DNA of 11,734 nucleotides from Erysipelotrichaceae bacterium (lineage in GTDB: Bacteria > Bacillota_I > Bacilli_A > Erysipelotrichales > Coprobacillaceae): contig JAQVDW010000041.1 in assembly GCA_028698185.1 (NCBI GenBank), positions 1 to 11,734 on the forward strand, in the 5' to 3' direction. Positions 7,006 to 11,734 of the stretch are shown here, one piece after another (positions within the stretch are counted from its first letter, which is position 1; each line of letters begins with the position of its first letter). The notes beneath the pieces are model-generated. The model was not told the DNA's origin and made no database searches. It saw nothing but the letters and a program-made list of their open reading frames with translations. The position numbers and the translations under genes are program-made.

Positions 7006-8856
7006 ATGGCAAAAATAAGACAGCTTGATCAGGTTTTGATCAACAAGATTGCCGCCGGTGAAGTGGTTGAAAGACCGGCCAATGTCGTCAAGGAACTGGT
7101 CGAAAACAGCATCGACGCCCAGGCGAAAAATATCGACATAATCATCAAGGAAGGCGGCCTGACCCTAATCGAGGTAAAGGACGACGGGATCGGCATGGAT
7201 TACGATGATGCCAAGTTGTGCTTCTCGACCCATGCCACAAGCAAAATCGCCGACTATCAGGACCTTTTCAATATCTCGACCCTCGGTTTCCGGGGTGAAG
7301 CGATTCCGTCGATTGCTTCGGTCAGCGACTTTGTCCTGCAAACCAGCGACGGTAGCGAACACACCTTCGTCCACTACCATTATGGCAAGCTGGCCGACAT
7401 TAAGAAAATTGAGCGGACCCGGGGTACCACGATCTCTGTGGCCAACCTGTTCACCAATGTGCCGGCCCGACTCAAGTTTGTCAAATCGGTCAATGTCGAA
7501 TATGCGCATATCCTCCAGTACATCGAGCGGCTGGCTTTGACCAAGCCGGAGATATCGTTCTCGCTGACAAACAACGACCGTCAGGTTTTCTTGACGACCG
7601 GCAACGGCAATCTGCTGGAAATCGTCGCCAATATGTACGGCATCAATGTGGCGCGCTCGATGATCGAGGTCGCCTTCGGTGACGAGGAGTTTGCGATTGG
7701 TGGCTACACCTCGACGCTCGATGTCAACCGAGCCAACAAGAACAACATTATCACCCTGGTCAATGGCCGGGTTGTCAAGAACCGGATTGCCATCGAGGCG
7801 GTCGATGATGCCTACCGCAAATATCTTTTTGAAAAGCGTTATCCTATAGCCGTCATCAATATCCGGGTCGACCCGTACCTTGTCGATGTGAATGTCCATC
7901 CCGCCAAATTGGAAGTCAAGTTCTCCAAGGAAGATAAACTCAGGGAAATCATCTTCAATGGGATCACCGAAGCGCTCAAGAAGATGGATATCACCTACCA
8001 GGCCAGAAATGTCGATACGAAAATTCCCAAGACGCCATTGACCATTCCGGCCAATGAGCAGCTAGAACTCAAACTGGACTTCGAACCTCGAAAAAATGAC
8101 CAGTTGCTAGGCGAACCTAAAAAAGAGTACGCCGTTGTGGCTCCAGAACCACAGCCGCTTCCCGCTGCGGCACCCGAGGGACCTGAAGTTGAAATACCTG
8201 AAGCCCAACCGGTCATCAAGGATGTCCAAATTTTGCCGGCTGAGCCAGTGGCCTCGACGGTCAAAGCGCGGCCGATCAAACGCCACCTCGATGTCCAGGG
8301 TCAGGTGCTAGGGACATATATCGTCGCCCAGGATGAAGGCGGGATGTACCTGATTGACCAGCATGCGGCCAAGGAGAGGATCAATTACGAATATTTCCTG
8401 GAACGTTATGCCAACAAAAACATGGCAATGATGGACATGCTTGTTCCGTTGACATTTGAATTGCCGGCCAGCGATTTTGTGATTGTCAGCGACAATCTGG
8501 ACAAGTTTGCGAAAATCGGGATCCATTTTGAAGAATTTTCCAACCGGACCTTTGTGGTGAGGTCGTTGCCGGCATGGATGAAAAACACTGACCACCATGT
8601 CTTTATCGAAGAGATGATTGTCCAACTGCTAGACAACCAGAGCATCGATGTCTTGAAACTGCAGGATCATGCGGTTGCCACTCTGGCGTGCAAGGCCTCG
8701 CTCAAGGCGAACACATATCTAAATCATGATGGAATGAGCCACCTGGTCAATGACCTGATGCGTTGCGACAATCCTTATGTCTGCCCGCATGGCCGGCCGG
8801 TTATCATATATTATACCCAGTACGAGCTGGAAAAACTTTTTAAAAGGGTGGTCTGA
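7006..8856 (+). CDS. mutL: DNA mismatch repair protein MutL, endonuclease-proficient type (616 aa)
   Basis: GHKL ATPase N-terminus: LINKIAAGEVVERPANVVKELVENSIDA and DDGIGM. The C-terminal nicking-endonuclease motifs are present: DQHAAKERINYE (DQHAxxExxxxE), ACK, CPHGRP and FVVRS. A GGAGG RBS precedes the ATG. Confidence 0.97.
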   Translation: MAKIRQLDQVLINKIAAGEVVERPANVVKELVENSIDAQAKNIDIIIKEGGLTLIEVKDDGIGMDYDDAKLCFSTHATSKIADYQDLFNISTLGFRGEAIPSIASVSDFVLQTSDGSEHTFVHYHYGKLADIKKIERTRGTTISVANLFTNVPARLKFVKSVNVEYAHILQYIERLALTKPEISFSLTNNDRQVFLTTGNGNLLEIVANMYGINVARSMIEVAFGDEEFAIGGYTSTLDVNRANKNNIITLVNGRVVKNRIAIEAVDDAYRKYLFEKRYPIAVINIRVDPYLVDVNVHPAKLEVKFSKEDKLREIIFNGITEALKKMDITYQARNVDTKIPKTPLTIPANEQLELKLDFEPRKNDQLLGEPKKEYAVVAPEPQPLPAAAPEGPEVEIPEAQPVIKDVQILPAEPVASTVKARPIKRHLDVQGQVLGTYIVAQDEGGMYLIDQHAAKERINYEYFLERYANKNMAMMDMLVPLTFELPASDFVIVSDNLDKFAKIGIHFEEFSNRTFVVRSLPAWMKNTDHHVFIEEMIVQLLDNQSIDVLKLQDHAVATLACKASLKANTYLNHDGMSHLVNDLMRCDNPYVCPHGRPVIIYYTQYELEKLFKRVV

Positions 8857-9782
8857 TGGAAAAAGTAATTGTAATAGTGGGGCCGACCAGCGTCGGCAAA
8901 ACGAAAATGGGAGTGGAACTAGCGAAGAAGTTCAACGGCGAGGTCATCTCCGGAGACTCGATGCAGATCTACCGGAAACTCGATATTGGGACGGCCAAGG
9001 TGACCCAAGGTGAGATGGATGGAATCGCCCACCATCTTATCGATATCAAAAATCCCGATGAATCATACAGTGTCAAGGAGTTCCAGGAAGATGTCCGGCG
9101 GCAAATCAATGATATCGCAAGTCGCAACAAGCTACCGATCATCGTCGGGGGAACGGGTCTGTACATCAAAGGCGCTCTTTACGACTATCAGTTCGAGGAA
9201 GCGGAAGACCACGTCGAGAAGGCCCGGGAAAAATACGCCCATCTCACCAATGAGCAGCTCCATGGACTGCTTGAGAAAATCGATCCGGCGTCGGCGTTGG
9301 CGATTCACCCCAACAATCGCCAACGAGTGTTCCGGGCAATCGAGATATTCGAAACCACGGGTCAGACCAAAAGCGAATCGTTAAAAAAGCAGGAACATAA
9401 AATGCTCTACGACGCCTTTTTTGTCGGGTTGACCTGTCCGCGGGAGCTGCTCTATCAAAACATCAATGAGCGGGTCGACAGGATGGTGGCCATGGGGCTG
9501 CTTGAGGAAATGGCCGGTCTGCCGGAAAATTACAAGTATCCGGGATTGCAGTCGATGAAGGCTATCGGCTACAAGGAGCTTTTCGCCTATTTTTCAGGTA
9601 ATGCAAGTCTGGAGCAGACCGTTGAACTGATCAAGAAGAACAGCCGCAACTACGCCAAAAGGCAATACACCTGGTTCAACAACCAGGTTCCGGTTACCTG
9701 GTTCGATGTCGACTTCGATGATTTCGAAAAGACAATCGATGCCGTGGCCAACCAGGTCGAAGCGTTTGTGGAAGACAGATAA
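8856..9782 (+). CDS. miaA: tRNA dimethylallyltransferase MiaA (308 aa)
   Basis: P-loop VIVGPTSVGKT, plus SGDSMQIYRKLDIGTAK and the GGTGLY motif. The ATG overlaps the mutL TGA by one base (TGATG at 8854-8858). Confidence 0.95.
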   Translation: MEKVIVIVGPTSVGKTKMGVELAKKFNGEVISGDSMQIYRKLDIGTAKVTQGEMDGIAHHLIDIKNPDESYSVKEFQEDVRRQINDIASRNKLPIIVGGTGLYIKGALYDYQFEEAEDHVEKAREKYAHLTNEQLHGLLEKIDPASALAIHPNNRQRVFRAIEIFETTGQTKSESLKKQEHKMLYDAFFVGLTCPRELLYQNINERVDRMVAMGLLEEMAGLPENYKYPGLQSMKAIGYKELFAYFSGNASLEQTVELIKKNSRNYAKRQYTWFNNQVPVTWFDVDFDDFEKTIDAVANQVEAFVEDR

Positions 9783-9800
9783 AACCGAATATAATTCAAA

Positions 9801-9831
9801 AAAATCAGCCCGTTTAAAACGGGCTGATTTT
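9801..9831. terminator. Bidirectional rho-independent terminator shared by convergent miaA and the PAP2 gene
   Basis: AAAATCAGCCCG-tttaaaa-CGGGCTGATTTT, with stem ATCAGCCCG at 9804-9812 pairing with CGGGCTGAT at 9820-9828. An A-run lies upstream and a T-run downstream, so it reads as a terminator on both strands. Confidence 0.8.
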
Positions 9832-9843
9832 CAATTATGCATC

Positions 9844-10377
9844 TTACTTGGCTCGTGCCTGGGGGTTATTGGATTTTGAAGCCAGCTTGTTTGATAGCCA
9901 TCCCGCCAGCCAGCCAAGGGCGAAGCCACCGATCACATCACTTGGAAAGTGGACATACAGGTAAAGCCGGCTGAATCCGACAACCAAGGCCAAAAGCAGG
10001 AACCAGGGCCAGGTGCGGCTCTTGCTGTAGAAAAGACTCGAGGTCAAGGCCATGAAGATTGCCGAATGGCCCGAAGGGAACGAGAAATCCAAAGGAATCC
10101 CGACAAGCAGGGCAATATCGCGATAGTTGAACGGGCGCGCCCTGGCTATAAGCGGCTTCAATCCCAGGTTCACGATGGCAAAGCAAATGATCAAAGCCAG
10201 TGCCAGTTTCATTCCGTTGGTCCGGGTCGATTTCCTCAGTATCAAAACGGCCGCAATGGCTATCGGCAAAGCGCCCATAGCCCCAAGGTGCGTTATCAAA
10301 GGCATGATGGTGTCAAAAAACGGGTTCTTGAATATTTCCTGGATTAAATCGAGCAGGTACAGTTCGAATTCCAGCAT
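9844..10377 (-). CDS. PAP2-superfamily membrane phosphatase (undecaprenyl-diphosphate / phosphatidylglycerophosphate phosphatase-like), 177 aa
   Basis: All three acid-phosphatase motifs are present: KPLIARARP (KxxxxxxRP), PSGH, and SRLYLYVHFPSD (SRxxxxxHxxxD). They are embedded in a multi-helix hydrophobic protein. Confidence 0.85.
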   Translation of the reverse strand: MLEFELYLLDLIQEIFKNPFFDTIMPLITHLGAMGALPIAIAAVLILRKSTRTNGMKLALALIICFAIVNLGLKPLIARARPFNYRDIALLVGIPLDFSFPSGHSAIFMALTSSLFYSKSRTWPWFLLLALVVGFSRLYLYVHFPSDVIGGFALGWLAGWLSNKLASKSNNPQARAK

Positions 10378-11642
10378 TACGGCCTCTTCTTGAAGCGCCG
10401 GTTAAGTTTGACGACGTCATTGGTCCGGCCGTGGTTAAGGATGCGCTGGTAGTTATCGGCGAGCTGTTTTTCGTAGTTGCTTGTGATCCAGGGGATGTAA
10501 AACTGTTCGTTTTTCAAATCGTCAGGGAGATATTGGAGGTATTCCCAGGTGTTGGGCAAGTCGTACGAGTATTTTTCTTCTTCGCTAAGGCCTACTGGAG
10601 TGAGCCGCAGGTACCGGGGGACTGCCCGGGTATTGGAATTGATGCTTGATAGGGCCTGGTCGATGGCCGCTTCAGCCGATTTCGACTTTGGCGACAGGGC
10701 CAGCTCGATCACGGCTGAGGCCAACGGAATCCGGCCTTCAGGAAAACCGATAGTCTTGGCAGCCTGAAGTGCGGTTACGGTCCTTGCGCAGGCTTCGATG
10801 TTGCCTAAGCCCACATCCTCATAGGCGATGGTGATCAGGCGCCGCTCCAGGGAAGGGAAGTCACCGACTTCGATCAGTTTGGCCAAATAATACAAGGCAC
10901 CGTTGACATCGCTGCCGCGGATTGATTTTTGGAAAGCGGAAAGGGTGTCGTAGTAGTTGTCATCGTTCCGGTCATAGGCGGAATTTGCCCTGGGGACAAG
11001 ACTGACGATGTCCTTTCTGGTGATCAGTGTGCCTTCGCAGTTTATCGCAGCCAGTTCAAAAAGGTTGTAGCTGTAGCGGATATCGCCACCACTCAGGTTG
11101 ACCAGGGCGTCCAGGGCCTCAGGTTCGAACCGGTATTCGTCCTCGAACGCTTCCTTGGCCGCTTTTTCGATTCCTTCCCGGATATCCCCATCGGTCAGGG
11201 GCTCGAATTTGATGATGTGCATTCGTGACCTGATCGCCGGATTGATGGCGTGATAGGGATTGGCGGTCGTGCACCCGACTGCGATCAGCAGACCTGATTC
11301 TAGATGAGGCAGCAGGTTGTCCTGCTTGTCCTTGTTCAGGCGGTGGATTTCGTCGATGATGATGAAAAGACTTCCTGACATCTTGGCTTCTTCGATGATC
11401 ATGTCCATCTGCTTCTTGTTGCCAGTCGAGGCGTTGAAGATCCGGTAAGGGATTTTCAAGTCGTTGGCCAAAGCGATGGCGCAAGTCGTTTTGCCGCATC
11501 CTGGCGGTCCGTACAAGATGGTTGATAAAGGCCGTTTCTTGGCGACAAATTTGGTGAATATGCCGTCTTGTCCGACCACGTGTTTTTGGCCGATGACCTG
11601 ACTGAGAGTCTTGGGCCGCAGCTTGACTGCTAAAGGTTCCAT
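10377..11642 (-). CDS. rarA: Replication-associated recombination protein A (RarA/MgsA, WRNIP1-like AAA+ ATPase), 421 aa from the re-called start
   Basis: LAVKLRPKTLSQVIGQKHVVG, Walker A GPPGCGKTT, Walker B FIIIDEIHRLNK, TTANPYHAINPAIRSR, and the C-terminal MgsA domain with YYDTLSAFQKSIRGSD. I chose the ATG at 11642, with AAGGAG 7 nt upstream. The ORF-track start at 11660 is a TTG that lies inside that RBS. Confidence 0.93.
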   Translation of the reverse strand: MEPLAVKLRPKTLSQVIGQKHVVGQDGIFTKFVAKKRPLSTILYGPPGCGKTTCAIALANDLKIPYRIFNASTGNKKQMDMIIEEAKMSGSLFIIIDEIHRLNKDKQDNLLPHLESGLLIAVGCTTANPYHAINPAIRSRMHIIKFEPLTDGDIREGIEKAAKEAFEDEYRFEPEALDALVNLSGGDIRYSYNLFELAAINCEGTLITRKDIVSLVPRANSAYDRNDDNYYDTLSAFQKSIRGSDVNGALYYLAKLIEVGDFPSLERRLITIAYEDVGLGNIEACARTVTALQAAKTIGFPEGRIPLASAVIELALSPKSKSAEAAIDQALSSINSNTRAVPRYLRLTPVGLSEEEKYSYDLPNTWEYLQYLPDDLKNEQFYIPWITSNYEKQLADNYQRILNHGRTNDVVKLNRRFKKRP

Positions 11643-11653
11643 ATAAATGCTCC

Positions 11654-11682
11654 TTTTCAAATTCTAAAATATTCCTTATAAT
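11654..11682 (+). promoter_or_regulatory. Candidate dtd promoter
   Basis: TTTTCA (11654-11659), a 17-nt spacer, then TATAAT (11677-11682). A GGAGGT RBS at 11697-11702 lies 6 nt before the ATG at 11709. Confidence 0.4.
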
Positions 11683-11708
11683 TATAACAAAAAGTCGGAG
11701 GTAAGCAA
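11681..11708 (-). promoter_or_regulatory. Candidate rarA promoter with extended -10
   Basis: The minus strand reads TGtTATAAT (complement of 11689-11681), with a weak -35 TTGCTT (complement of 11708-11703) and a 16-nt spacer. This predicts a leader of about 30 nt containing the AAGGAG RBS. Confidence 0.4.
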
Positions 11709-11734
11709 ATGAGAATAGTTGTTCAAAGGGTCAC
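11709..11734 (+). CDS. dtd: D-aminoacyl-tRNA deacylase, N-terminal fragment (truncated by the window end)
   Basis: Translation gives MRIVVQRV, the highly conserved Dtd N-terminus (compare MxxVxQRV in characterised Dtd proteins). A good RBS precedes it. Only 8 codons are visible. Confidence 0.55.

Noticed and set aside
8131-8255. A Pro/Glu/Ala-rich low-complexity stretch (APEPQPLPAAAPEGPEVEIPEAQP...) with a short CCTGAAG duplication inside mutL.
   Set aside because: This is the normal disordered linker between the MutL ATPase and endonuclease domains. Its length and sequence vary between species, and it is not a repeat element or an insertion.
1-11734. A search for CRISPR repeats, tandem or dispersed repeats, defence-system genes, toxin-antitoxin pairs, prophage or insertion-sequence remnants, and tRNA or rRNA genes.
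   Set aside because: None was found by eye. All intergenic regions are short (300 nt or less) and are accounted for by promoters, RBSs and terminators. Every long ORF has a confident conventional family assignment.

Overview
The window looks like a Bacillota-type (Gram-positive style) chromosome segment: standard genetic code, AAGGAG-type ribosome-binding sites, and roughly mid-40s % GC by eye. It splits into two parts.

**Left part (1-4374, all on the minus strand): an accessory-looking carbohydrate locus.**
- A PucR/CdaR-family transcriptional regulator.
- A DUF89 (ARMT1-like) metal-dependent phosphatase.
- A split fructose/mannitol-family PTS permease (IIA, IIB, IIC) behind a long, structured leader.

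**Right part (4498-11734): housekeeping genes.**
- A mutS-mutL-miaA operon on the plus strand, ending in a bidirectional terminator.
- A convergent rarA-PAP2 phosphatase pair on the minus strand, with start and stop codons overlapping.
- The first 8 codons of dtd, divergent from rarA.

I see no CRISPR array, tRNA or rRNA gene, transposase or integrase, recognisable defence system, or toxin-antitoxin pair.

The only candidate for something undescribed is the PucR-DUF89-PTS cluster. It has no catabolic enzyme and no classical PTS regulator. Its function cannot be deduced from sequence alone, so I rate it moderate rather than exciting. Several ORF-track starts are upstream TTG or ATG extensions. 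I re-called those starts where a downstream ATG has a clear Shine-Dalgarno sequence.
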